Shown: one piece after another, positions 9,882 through 18,906 of the stretch | Layout: each line of letters starts with the position of its first letter | Numbering within the stretch: position 1 is the stretch's first letter | Assembly (NCBI GenBank): GCA_039923935.1 | Contig: JBDTBU010000195.1 | Location: 1,843-65,842, forward strand | DNA from: Ktedonobacteraceae bacterium | GTDB lineage: Bacteria > Chloroflexota > Ktedonobacteria > Ktedonobacterales > Ktedonobacteraceae | DNA: 64,000 bases | Direction: 5' to 3' | Notes under the pieces: generated by a model | Seen by the model: the letters and a program-made list of their open reading frames with translations, nothing else | What the model was told of the DNA's origin: nothing | The model's database searches: none | Position numbers and translations under genes: made by a program

Positions 9882-10911
9882 GTTGTTCTCCCTTCTCGCC
9901 TTCACTGGCACTTTTCTCTTTCTCTCCAAGAATCTGCTCACCACCGTCCAGCAACTGGACAAAAATCTCTTCCAGATTGGGCTGGACGCGTGTGACAGAC
10001 AACAGAGGAAGATCGTGGCTATGGATAGTGTTGAGGTATGTATACAGGATGCTCTGGTCAGCAATGCTTCCAGTCAGCGTGGTCTCATCATTTTCCGTGG
10101 CGATAGTTAAGCCCTCAAACCAATCTACATTCTGCACATCTCCTTTGAGTCGGATCTGATAGTGTTCCTGGCGGAAAAGATGTAACAGTTCTGCTAATGG
10201 TCGATTCGTCAGCAGACACCCCTTACGTATGATAGCCACGCGGTCACAAAGTTCTTCAGCCATATCCAGTTGGTGGGTAGTGAGTACAACGGTTTTCCCT
10301 TGCTCTTTGGTCAAGCGCTGAATCCATTCTTTGACGGTACGGGCAGCTTGGATATCCAGGCCCAAAGTTGGCTCGTCTAGTAGAACAATCGACGGATTAC
10401 CGATTAGAGCACAGGCGATAGCTACTTTTTGTTGCATACCACGAGAAAAGGTACGAATGGGATCGTTGCGTCTCCCCCAGAGATCGAGTTCGCCTAGCAA
10501 CTCTTTGGCGTGCGCTTTGAGTTCTTTACCCCAACAACCTTTCAGGTGTCCGAAGTACATTAGATTTTGCCATGCTGTCAGACGCCAATACACGTTGCGA
10601 GTTCCTTCCAGGACCGCGCCTATCTGGTACATGGCCGCGCGACGTTCACGTAAAACGTCATGACCACCAATGCGGACCTGCCCGGTCGTGGGGGTGACCA
10701 GTCCACACATCATTTTAATGGTGGTGGTTTTTCCAGCACCATTGGCACCAAGAAAACCAAAAACCTGCCCAGTCTCGACCACGAGATTGAGGTTGTCTAC
10801 AGCTGTAACTGTTTCTCGGCGAGCAACTGGGTAGACTTTACTCAGCCCTGTGATCTCAATCGCGGCGGGTGATAGACCGCTTGTTTTCATAGTGGAATGC
10901 TCCTTCTTCAA
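9850..10911 (-). CDS. ABC transporter ATP-binding protein (ABC-2/DrrA-like)
   Basis: Walker A GANGAGKTTTIKM, signature FSRGMQQKVAIACAL, Walker B VLLDEPTLGLD, H-loop TTHQ. Confidence 0.9.
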   Translation of the reverse strand: MKKEHSTMKTSGLSPAAIEITGLSKVYPVARRETVTAVDNLNLVVETGQVFGFLGANGAGKTTTIKMMCGLVTPTTGQVRIGGHDVLRERRAAMYQIGAVLEGTRNVYWRLTAWQNLMYFGHLKGCWGKELKAHAKELLGELDLWGRRNDPIRTFSRGMQQKVAIACALIGNPSIVLLDEPTLGLDIQAARTVKEWIQRLTKEQGKTVVLTTHQLDMAEELCDRVAIIRKGCLLTNRPLAELLHLFRQEHYQIRLKGDVQNVDWFEGLTIATENDETTLTGSIADQSILYTYLNTIHSHDLPLLSVTRVQPNLEEIFVQLLDGGEQILGEKEKSASEGEKGEQHEHLIASYVQ

Positions 10912-11139
10912 CTTTCATTACTCAATAATCGCCTTATCATAAGGGTACTTTGCCAATAGGGCGCTGTCATGTTGAAGGGGTAGTATTTTTTATACGGGAA
11001 GGAGGGTAATATGATTGATGCTAAACATCGTAGAGAAAATACGCTTGCCAGGGCATGACAATACGCTCTCTGACAAGTATCTTTTGAAAGAGGGTTTTTT
11101 GACAGTTGCTTGTTCATACGTTTGGAAAGGCAATCGAGT

Positions 11140-13794
11140 ATGCATAATGATCAGAGCCACGCCGGGTTCCTGGCTTTGCAGATAGAGCAGATAGGGGACA
11201 GTAACCTGGGACAAGCAGCCGCTGGATTGCCAGAGCACTTGGTTCCCCTGGATGCTGAGCAGTGGGATCTCTGGCGCTTTGTCTGTTTGCGAGGCGCTGG
11301 TTTCCCGGCCCGGCAGGCGCTCGATCTCTCGGCTCCCGCGTGTACCGCTCTTGTAGATCAGCTTATTTTAGCCGAAGAAGAGTATACGCGCACACAGGCT
11401 GCTACGCTGGAAGCACTCAACAGCGAACTGATGTATGCGACTGGAGAGCGACATGCGCAACTTGTACAAGCCTTTCGAACCATCAGCAAACTTCGCCCTC
11501 CGCAAGCATTTTCACTCGCGATCCCTGCTTGTGATGGGATAGATGCCTTACAAGTCGTTTATGAACGTCTAGTCAGGCTTCAGACGGAACTGCCAAACGC
11601 TTTTGAAGCTGCGATGCTGACTATAGCGCGTGTGGTACAGACGCTGGCTGGCGATGATCGCTTCCGAGAAGCCGTGACATGGCAGAACCGCCAAGCGCTC
11701 CAGACTGGGTTTGAAACGCTTTTACGCTCTACACCTGAGCAAATTGTGAACCAGGCCAAACGGCGCAGGAATGGAACCCTGGTCGCGAACTATATCCAGC
11801 GTTATGCGCTCAAAAATGATAGTATTGGCTTCTTTGGTCCAATAGGCTGTGCTACACTTACTGCATCGGATGTGGCTATTTCAGTTTGTCCTGGTCCTCA
11901 GCTTCTGGAGAAGCGTACCGTCTATTTCGAGGGCTGGTGCATGGAAGAATTGGCCGCAGCTTTGGTGAGAGAGAATCAACAGTTGCTCTGCTGGTGCGCA
12001 CCGCGTCAAATGCCACATCTGTATCTTGCTGGCACGCAACTCGCGCTCCCTTTTGCCCCTCCAATTAAGCTCTCCATCAGTCAAGCAGCAGTATTTGAAG
12101 CCTGTACGGGCTTTCACTCAGCGCGATCAATCGCCAGAAGGCTGCTCCTCAATCATTCCACAAACGGATTGCAAAATGAGGCCCAGGTCTACACCATTCT
12201 CGATCAGCTCTGCGCCAGCAAACGTATTGTATGGGCGCTGGAGATCCCTCCTGAGGGCAATGCTCCCGAACAAGCATTACGCTACTGGCTAGAGCGCATC
12301 GAAGAGAAGGATCTACGTGAGAAGTCCCTGGCCTCCCTGGAACGCCTGGAACAGGCCCGCACTGCGGTTTCTCATGCCGCTGGAGATCCCGTCCGGCTGG
12401 ATGAGGCTCTGGCAAAATTAGAGACAGAGTTTGTTGAACTGACCAGTAAGACGGCAACGCGTGCGGAGGGGAAAACCTATGCTGGTCGTACGCTTGTCTA
12501 TGAAGATTGTCGTCGGGCTATCGATGTGACTTTTGGGCCTGACCTGGTTCGGGCTATGCGCGAACCTCTGCCCCTGCTACTCACGAGTGCGCGTTGGTAT
12601 ACCTATGAAATTGCGAAGCTCTATGAGCAAGCTTTCATCGATGCTTTTCTCGAATTGTCCTCTGACTCTGACTCTGCTACGGTCAATCTCACGGATTTCT
12701 GGCTGTGGATGCAACCATTTTTCTATGATGATGAACAGCGTCTCAGCGACCTCATCCTACCGGAGTTTCAGCAGCACTGGCTGGAGATTTTCGCGCTCAC
12801 AGACGAGCAGCGGAATCTGCATCAGCTCGTGTACCGTGCCAGCGACTTGCGGGAGCGTGTTCTCCAACGTTTTTCTGCGCCAGCTCCAGGCTGGAATGCA
12901 GCCTGCTATCATAGCCCTGACCTATTACTTGATGCCAAAGATGTTGAGGCCATTCAGAGGGGAGATTATCAGGTCGTTCTAGGTGAGTTGCATATTGCTA
13001 TGAATACGCTACAAATTACGGCCTTTCTTGCTCAACATCCTACTCCTGAGGACATCCTCCAGGCAGTAGCCCTTGATGTGCCCGCACCGCGCGTGTTGCC
13101 AATCCTCTCGAAAGATCTGTTTCCTATTTACCGGCTCCGTCCCTCCCTAGTAACGCCCAAAGATTTTTACCTGGTGTATACACCAGATGTGTGCGCCCCA
13201 ATTGCAACTCCTGCAACTGTCTTAACGCTGAGTTCCCTGGTGGTTGAGGAGAGGGATGGTAGGCTCGTTGCGCGAACACGCGATGACCTCTACTGTTTCG
13301 AGTTGATCGAAGTATTTGCCGAATTCCTCTCACGCTTGATCTATGGGTCCTTTAAAATGTTCCCACCAAGCAAACACATGCCGCGAATAACTATCGATCA
13401 GATGGTCGTGAGCCGCGAGGCTTGGTATTTCGCGCCCCAGGATCTTGTTTTTGCAAATGAGAAAACTCCCCTGGAGCGCTTTATAGCAACTCGGCGCTGG
13501 GCGCAAAGAAATGAGATGCCGCGCTTCATTTTTGTCAAAGTGGCAACCGAGCCGAAGCCATGCTTTATTGATTTTGACAGTCCAATGTATGTTGAGGTGT
13601 TCTTAAAGATGGTGCGTCAGGATATGCGTAAAGATCCTGCAATGCTCTCGTTGGCGATTACTGAGATGCTGCCAACTCCTGATCGGCTCTGGTTGCAGGA
13701 TAGAGATGGTGAGCATTATACCAGTGAATTACGTTTTGTTGCTGTTGATCACGTCTCTTGTTATGCGAGTAAGGAGGCTGAAATGCGCATATAG
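11140..13794 (+). CDS. Lantibiotic-dehydratase (LanB) N-terminal glutamylation-domain protein with no elimination domain (small LanB / PEARL-like)
   Basis: WDLWRFVCLRGAGFPA and YALKNDSIGFFGPIGCA resemble LanB N-terminal motifs (NisB LRSTPFGLFS region). MPRITIDQMVVSREAWYF plus MPRFIFVKVATEPKPCFIDFDSPMYVEVFL matches the block that ends the glutamylation domain (NisB IPRLVFDEIVISPAKWKIW ... EFYIVNGDNKVYL). Only about 45 aa follow it. ATG 11140 preferred over TTG 11110. Confidence 0.75.
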   Translation: MHNDQSHAGFLALQIEQIGDSNLGQAAAGLPEHLVPLDAEQWDLWRFVCLRGAGFPARQALDLSAPACTALVDQLILAEEEYTRTQAATLEALNSELMYATGERHAQLVQAFRTISKLRPPQAFSLAIPACDGIDALQVVYERLVRLQTELPNAFEAAMLTIARVVQTLAGDDRFREAVTWQNRQALQTGFETLLRSTPEQIVNQAKRRRNGTLVANYIQRYALKNDSIGFFGPIGCATLTASDVAISVCPGPQLLEKRTVYFEGWCMEELAAALVRENQQLLCWCAPRQMPHLYLAGTQLALPFAPPIKLSISQAAVFEACTGFHSARSIARRLLLNHSTNGLQNEAQVYTILDQLCASKRIVWALEIPPEGNAPEQALRYWLERIEEKDLREKSLASLERLEQARTAVSHAAGDPVRLDEALAKLETEFVELTSKTATRAEGKTYAGRTLVYEDCRRAIDVTFGPDLVRAMREPLPLLLTSARWYTYEIAKLYEQAFIDAFLELSSDSDSATVNLTDFWLWMQPFFYDDEQRLSDLILPEFQQHWLEIFALTDEQRNLHQLVYRASDLRERVLQRFSAPAPGWNAACYHSPDLLLDAKDVEAIQRGDYQVVLGELHIAMNTLQITAFLAQHPTPEDILQAVALDVPAPRVLPILSKDLFPIYRLRPSLVTPKDFYLVYTPDVCAPIATPATVLTLSSLVVEERDGRLVARTRDDLYCFELIEVFAEFLSRLIYGSFKMFPPSKHMPRITIDQMVVSREAWYFAPQDLVFANEKTPLERFIATRRWAQRNEMPRFIFVKVATEPKPCFIDFDSPMYVEVFLKMVRQDMRKDPAMLSLAITEMLPTPDRLWLQDRDGEHYTSELRFVAVDHVSCYASKEAEMRI

Positions 13795-13897
13795 CAAAAT
13801 ATGGATAGGAAAGTTCGGCGTGTTGCCGATGGCAGTTTTTGACAATACGACAAAGGGCGAGGGTATCTCGCTGTTCTGAGAAAAGAGAGCTATTCAG

Positions 13898-14122
13898 ATG
13901 ATAAGAGATGAAAAAGAAGATACTACGATTTACAAAGTAGTTGTAAATCACGAGGAGCAATATTCGATCTGGCCTATTGAACGTGAGAATCCATCGGGTT
14001 GGAGAGATGGAGGGAAAAGTGGGATGAGGGAAGAGTGTCTGTTGCATATTAAAGAAGTATGGACAGACATGCGTCCGCTTAGTGTGAGAGAGAAAATGCA
14101 GCAGTCAGCTACGAAAGGATGA
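13898..14122 (+). CDS. MbtH-like protein (NRPS adenylation-domain partner)
   Basis: 74 aa with the family signature [24 protein letters not shown] ... [14 protein letters not shown]. Confidence 0.92.
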   Translation: MIRDEKEDTTIYKVVVNHEEQYSIWPIERENPSGWRDGGKSGMREECLLHIKEVWTDMRPLSVREKMQQSATKG

Positions 14123-14132
14123 GTATTATATA

Positions 14133-15182
14133 ATGATAAGCAGAGATGAGGATGCTATTCTGTACCTTTGCAGGCAAGATGTAGAGCACCTCTGTACAAA
14201 AATTGATAGCATCGCTGTTCTACGAGAGGTTTTTTCACTCCATGCTTCTCGTCAAACCATTCTTCCCGACGAGGCCTATCTTGGTTGGACAAACGTTCAC
14301 CAAGAAAATGTCAGGAGCTTGAATATGCCAGCCTATGTGGGGGGAACCTTCGATATAGCTGGTACTAAAGTCATCAATGGCAACATTTCCAATCCCACAC
14401 GAGGTGTTCCGCGTGCAAGCGGCATGACCTTATTGCTTGATCCAATTTCAGCACGTATTTGCGCAATTATGGAAGGAGCCTACCTTTCTAGCTTGCGTAC
14501 TGCCAGCGTAACAGCCCTCGCAGTAGATTTGCTGAAAGGCGATGATATTCAGTGTCTGGGTATTATTGGTGCTGGAATTCTCGCTCAAGCGCATATTGAA
14601 CTGCTATTGCGGCATCTACATTCATTAGAGACAATTTATATATATGATACGAATCAACAGCGCGTTGTAGAATTGGGACTACTTCTGGCCCCTTTGCTTG
14701 AAGCACATCATGTAGTTTGGCAATGTATGCTATCTGCGGAGGCTGCTATTCGTTCGGCACAGTTAATCATCCCCGTGACAACAACAACAACAAGTTACAT
14801 TCCTTTTGTCTGGCTTCAGGCGGGAGCAATCGTGGTGAATGTTTCGCTAGATGATGTTATGCCAGATGTTATTTTGCAAGCGCAGAGTGTGGTCGTCGAT
14901 GACTGGTTTCTCGTCAGAAACGATACTCGTCGTTTGCTGGGTCGGATGTATCATGAAGGGAAAATTATTGGGCCAGATGACGAAAGAGAACCAATGAATG
15001 GGCAAAGGAAAATCAATGCCCAACTTGGGGAGCTTGTGCTAGAAACAAAGGTTGGTCGCCGTGATCGGCAGGATATTATCCTTGTAAATCCTTTTGGGCT
15101 GGCGATTGAAGATGTCGCCCTGGCACAACGGGTCTATCAGAAGGCTCAGGAACTAGGTGTGGGAAGAAAGCTCGCCCATTAG
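14133..15182 (+). CDS. Ornithine cyclodeaminase / mu-crystallin family enzyme
   Basis: Family blocks GTKVINGNISNPTRGVPRASGMTLLLDP, LSSLRTASVTALAVDLL, Rossmann LGIIGAGILAQAH and NPFGLAIEDVALA. Starts 11 nt after the MbtH stop. Confidence 0.8.
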   Translation: MISRDEDAILYLCRQDVEHLCTKIDSIAVLREVFSLHASRQTILPDEAYLGWTNVHQENVRSLNMPAYVGGTFDIAGTKVINGNISNPTRGVPRASGMTLLLDPISARICAIMEGAYLSSLRTASVTALAVDLLKGDDIQCLGIIGAGILAQAHIELLLRHLHSLETIYIYDTNQQRVVELGLLLAPLLEAHHVVWQCMLSAEAAIRSAQLIIPVTTTTTSYIPFVWLQAGAIVVNVSLDDVMPDVILQAQSVVVDDWFLVRNDTRRLLGRMYHEGKIIGPDDEREPMNGQRKINAQLGELVLETKVGRRDRQDIILVNPFGLAIEDVALAQRVYQKAQELGVGRKLAH

Positions 15183-15223
15183 AGTCCCGCAGAATCGAGT
15201 TGCTTTGTCGTGAAAACGATATT

Positions 15224-15457
15224 TTACGCCAGGAGCGGGCTTACCAGCACACGCACATCAGGTGCACCTTGCGGTTCGGGAACATGACACTCACTCACGG
15301 AAATCGCGGAGAAATCAGGCAGGTTCGTAGGTGCTTGAGCGTTCATCTCTTTGAGGAAAGCACGCGTTTGCAGCAATGATTCTGCCGTAAGAGCCAGTGT
15401 AGGAAACAGATCAAGCATCGCAACAAGTTCTGCGTTTACAAGATTTCTCGTTGTCAT
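15224..15457 (-). pseudogene. Truncated N-terminal fragment of an alpha/beta-hydrolase (esterase/lipase-like)
   Basis: A strong AGGAGG SD and ATG at 15457 give MTTRNLVNAELVAMLDLFP...SECHVPEPQGAPDVRVLVSPLLA. This resembles the lid/N-terminus of hydrolase-fold-3 esterases but stops after 77 aa, before any HGGG or GxSxG motif. Confidence 0.35.
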
Positions 15458-15689
15458 AGGATCCTCCTTGTGAAATGATAGAAAGGAAACGTCTATCTCG
15501 CCCAATTGGTGCTCTTTGTTGAGGTGAGATAATACCTGAGATCGTGTGCCTCTGTTGCTGCTCAAAGCCAACTGAGCAGCAACAGAGGCATTATATGGTA
15601 AGGGAAAACCCCTCATAGCTCTTTTCTGCTATCTCCTCTCGCTAATGTTTCTGGAAATCATGCAGGATCTCGCGAAAGTGAGATTGGAA

Positions 15690-16561
15690 AGTGAAAAAGT
15701 GAACAGTCCCCTTTTGAAGTAATTTTCCACTGTGATCGTAGAAGACAGTACATCAATCATATTCCCATCGGCTCTTGCAGAAATATGGAAAAAATGTGGG
15801 TGAGAGGAAAATACAAGTAATACAGCAATAAAAGCGTCTGTCCGTTGGGATGTAGTAACTGGTAAATTAGATGGTTCTCGACTTACCAATGGCCGTATGA
15901 ATGATCACAAGAGTCTGTTTGAGATAGAAGAATGACCAGAAGGATCAGTGTATATTGCTGGCTTTGGATTTTTTGCGATTGACCGATTGTGCCGTATAAC
16001 AAGAGAGAAAAAGGAAAAGATATTTGTCACACGTTTACAATCAAAAATGAACGTATATCATCGTTGTGGACATCGCGTTCATCTCGGATAATGGTTATTA
16101 CCAATATCCACCGTAAATGGGCGAAATATTCGGAAATTCTGGTGCTACTGCGGTTGCGCTGGCAAATCGAACGGCTCTTTCGGCTCTGGAAGGAAGATGC
16201 AAAAATTGATGAATGGCGCACAAAGAAACCATATCGTATTTTGTGTGAATTCTATGCAAAAACATGTGCCATGATTATCCAACAGCCTTTCATACAGAAG
16301 GGGTGTTGGCTCGATCCATTTCGGAGTCTTGTCAAAGCAGCGGACTCCCTTCGCCGTGAATGTAATCGAATTATGATCGCTTTTTACGAGGGAAATCTTG
16401 AAAAGATGGTGCAATCTCTTTTGCATACATTGCAATCTAGATGTCGTGTTGAACGTCGAGCCGCCTATCCCAGCACAGCCCAGCTTTTGTTAGATGGCCT
16501 GGATTGGCAGTTCGAATTGCTCTTATCCGCAAGAGGATCAAGGCGACATTGCCAATGTTAA
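15690..16561 (+). pseudogene. Decayed IS4-family (DDE) transposase
   Basis: One frame reads VEDSTSIIFPSALAEIWKKCG*, AIKASVRWDVVTGKLDGSRLTNGRMNDHKSLFEIEE* and EGSVYIAGFGFFAIDRLCRITREKKEKIFVTRLQ..HLG*, so at least three in-frame stops. A frame change follows into VITNIHRKWAKYSEILVLLRLRWQIERLFRLWKEDAKIDEW (YREK-region motif). The N-terminal part is missing. Confidence 0.7.
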
Positions 16562-16647
16562 GCGAATGTTAATATACTGCACTTTGCTAACTAGATAAAG
16601 ATAATCGGCGTTGCTAGATGTAGGTGGTAGATTTCGGCACCCTGTCT

Positions 16648-16699
16648 GTTATCTGCTAATATGTTCCACTCCGAAAAGTGAAACATATTAGCAGATAAC
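16648..16699. repeat. Long inverted repeat / hairpin (23-bp stem, 1 mismatch, 6-nt loop)
   Basis: GTTATCTGCTAATATGTTCCACT - ccgaaa - AGTGAAACATATTAGCAGATAAC, read directly from the sequence. Confidence 0.9.
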
Positions 16700-17053
16700 T
16701 ATACCTTACTTCAAACTAAAAATCAAGTATTTATGGATTTATATGGCAAAAAGCTATAAAATGCTCGTACCCTAGCGTGAACCCATTTTACCACTTACTG
16801 CGAACAAATTTTTACTGACGAAAGCTAATAGAGTCTTCAATAGAATTCTGGTTGCTTTGCAATAACGCGAAAACTGCTCAGTTTACCTCTCAAAAAATCG
16901 GTTCAGAAGCACATTTATAGGGCGGGAAATTCTATAAATAATATATTTATGAGTTCAATAAAGGTTGCTTTTCCCGGCAGAGAAGTACTACACGCCCTTT
17001 TTCTGTGAGAGAAGTGGAATGAGGCAAGGTAGCAAGCGGGGTCATCAACCTTT

Positions 17054-17108
17054 ATTTTGCCAGCTTATCTGACAGCTTATAAACAGATTTTGCCAGCTTA
17101 TCTGACAG
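17054..17108. repeat. Tandem-spaced 22-nt direct repeat (period 33 nt)
   Basis: ATTTTGCCAGCTTATCTGACAG at 17054-17075 and again at 17087-17108, both perfect copies. Confidence 0.9.
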
Positions 17109-17273
17109 TTATTGGATCGAATTGGGGAGGAGTGACCCGAACAGCGACGAACAAGCACATCATTGTGAATCGGCCTGAGAATTGCCTTCATATGGCTTTC
17201 CCAAAATACGCTACTGCCGCATCACATCTGTCTGGAGAGGATGTGATATGATATTTAGGTAGAAAAAACTTTG

Positions 17274-17294
17274 CATTAGCTTGACAAGCTAATG
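17274..17294. promoter_or_regulatory. Perfect 21-bp palindrome overlapping a TTGACA hexamer, about 120 nt upstream of the SpeD-like gene (candidate operator)
   Basis: CATTAGCTTG-A-CAAGCTAATG. TTGACA lies at 17281-17286. Confidence 0.5.
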
Positions 17295-17411
17295 TAAAAT
17301 ATCTTTCAGTGTTGATTTTTGAAAACACAGTGTGTGTTGGAAGCACTGCCAGTATTGGCAGTGGCGGTGGCACGTCACTTTGGTACAAAATAAGAGGAGA
17401 AAACAAAAAAG

Positions 17412-17840
17412 ATGCTGGTGCATTTGATGTTGGAGCTTTACGGATGCAGTCGCGAGGTTTTGAGCAATGAGCCGCTGCTGCGTCGTGTGCTGGACGAGTA
17501 CCCGGCGCGGGTTGACATGGAAAAGGTTAGCCCAGTCCATCTGTACGATATTGAAACATCCAATCCGCTGGACGCGGGTATGTCAGGTTTCGTGGTTATC
17601 GCGCAGAGCCATATCAGCATGCATGCCTGGCCCGAATATGGCGAGGTTGACATCGACATTTGTTCGTGCAAAGAATTTAGTCAGGAAGATGCCATCGCGT
17701 TTGCGAAAAAGATGTTCCAAACCGATGACGTAGAAGCACATTTCATGATCCGCGCGACCCGTTCGCTGCGGCCAGAAACCCCTGATCCTGAGCGCTATGA
17801 GGCTGCCATGGCCGCACGCATGGTGAAGGCGGTGCGTTAA
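17412..17840 (+). CDS. Pyruvoyl-dependent decarboxylase of the small bacterial/archaeal S-adenosylmethionine decarboxylase (SpeD/SpeH) family
   Basis: GMSGFVVIAQSHISMHAWPEYGEVDIDICSC aligns with the self-cleavage/pyruvoyl block of class 1 AdoMetDC (..SESH..IHTWPE..D.F.C). AAGAGGAG SD upstream. Confidence 0.8.
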   Translation: MLVHLMLELYGCSREVLSNEPLLRRVLDEYPARVDMEKVSPVHLYDIETSNPLDAGMSGFVVIAQSHISMHAWPEYGEVDIDICSCKEFSQEDAIAFAKKMFQTDDVEAHFMIRATRSLRPETPDPERYEAAMAARMVKAVR

Positions 17841-17862
17841 GAAGAAAGAAGATTGTGATACG

Positions 17863-18753
17863 ATGACCAATTCGTCTGTGACCCAGTTCGGTGCGCCCGA
17901 TGCGCCATTTTGCGACCCTGCCACCGCGCGTGTGGCGATTATTCCGGCCCCGCTAGAGTATAGCGTTTGCTATATGACAGGCACCCAACATGGGCCACAG
18001 GCGATTTTGGATGCCTCCAGCCAGATGGAACTCTATGACGAAGAACTGGATTGGTGTCCCATTGAAGTTGGTATCTATACACGTCCGGCGTTAGATTATA
18101 CAGGCATGAGCCACGCAGCAGCCTTGCAGGCAACTGGCGAGGCCACACGCGAAGCGCTCGCCCTTGGGCAACTTCCCCTGATCCTTGGTGGTGAACACTC
18201 TCTCTCCGCACCTCCTATTGCGGCAGTGCGCAACTATTTTCCCGACCTGACCGTTATACATATTGACGCTCACGGCGACTTGCGCGATACCTACGAAGGG
18301 ACGCGGCTCTCGCATGCCTCTGTCGAACGGCGCGTAGTCGAGATGGGCATTCCGTTGACTGAAATTGGCATTCGGAGCTTTAGCCCGGAAGAAGCGGAAT
18401 TTCTGAAAAGCAAACCAGATGTCGCTATTGTCTGGGGCTATCAGCTTGCCAATGGCACAGCCAACATTCCTTGGGAACGCCTGAGCAAGCACACCTATGT
18501 CACTATCGATCTGGATGCCTTCGATCCAAGCGAGATGCCCGCCGTTGGCACGCCAGAGCCAGGTGGACTGCACTGGTATCAACTGCTGAACCTTTTTCGC
18601 GACATTTGCCAGCGTACGACGATTGTTGGTATGGATGTGGTAGAACTCTGCCCCATGGAAGGGCAGACGCGGGCCGACTTCCTGGCCGCGAAGCTGGTGT
18701 ATAAGATGATTGGCTATCGCTTTCACGCAGAATACGCGCAAAACAAACGCTAG
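17863..18753 (+). CDS. speB: Agmatinase (ureohydrolase family)
   Basis: Mn-binding blocks ILGGEHSLS, VIHIDAHGDLRD, YVTIDLDAFDPSEMPAVGTPEPGGL and VGMDVVEL. Confidence 0.85.
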   Translation: MTNSSVTQFGAPDAPFCDPATARVAIIPAPLEYSVCYMTGTQHGPQAILDASSQMELYDEELDWCPIEVGIYTRPALDYTGMSHAAALQATGEATREALALGQLPLILGGEHSLSAPPIAAVRNYFPDLTVIHIDAHGDLRDTYEGTRLSHASVERRVVEMGIPLTEIGIRSFSPEEAEFLKSKPDVAIVWGYQLANGTANIPWERLSKHTYVTIDLDAFDPSEMPAVGTPEPGGLHWYQLLNLFRDICQRTTIVGMDVVELCPMEGQTRADFLAAKLVYKMIGYRFHAEYAQNKR

Positions 18754-18906
18754 TACTGCTGCATACGCAACCATTCCAGGGCAGGACAAGCTTGTCTTGA
18801 TCTTTGCCCAGGAATAGTGCCTTGCTCACGTACGGCAACAACTGCATGGTTTTTAGACTACCAACTATAATGAGAGTATTACACTATCAAGGATGTTGTA
18901 TAAACG

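Noticed and set aside
15629-15889. 86-aa minus-strand ORF
   Set aside because: It overlaps the plus-strand transposase remnant, which is recognisable through its stops, and has no supporting features.
18091-18789. 232-aa minus-strand ORF
   Set aside because: It is antisense to the agmatinase gene, which has all the Mn-ligand blocks.
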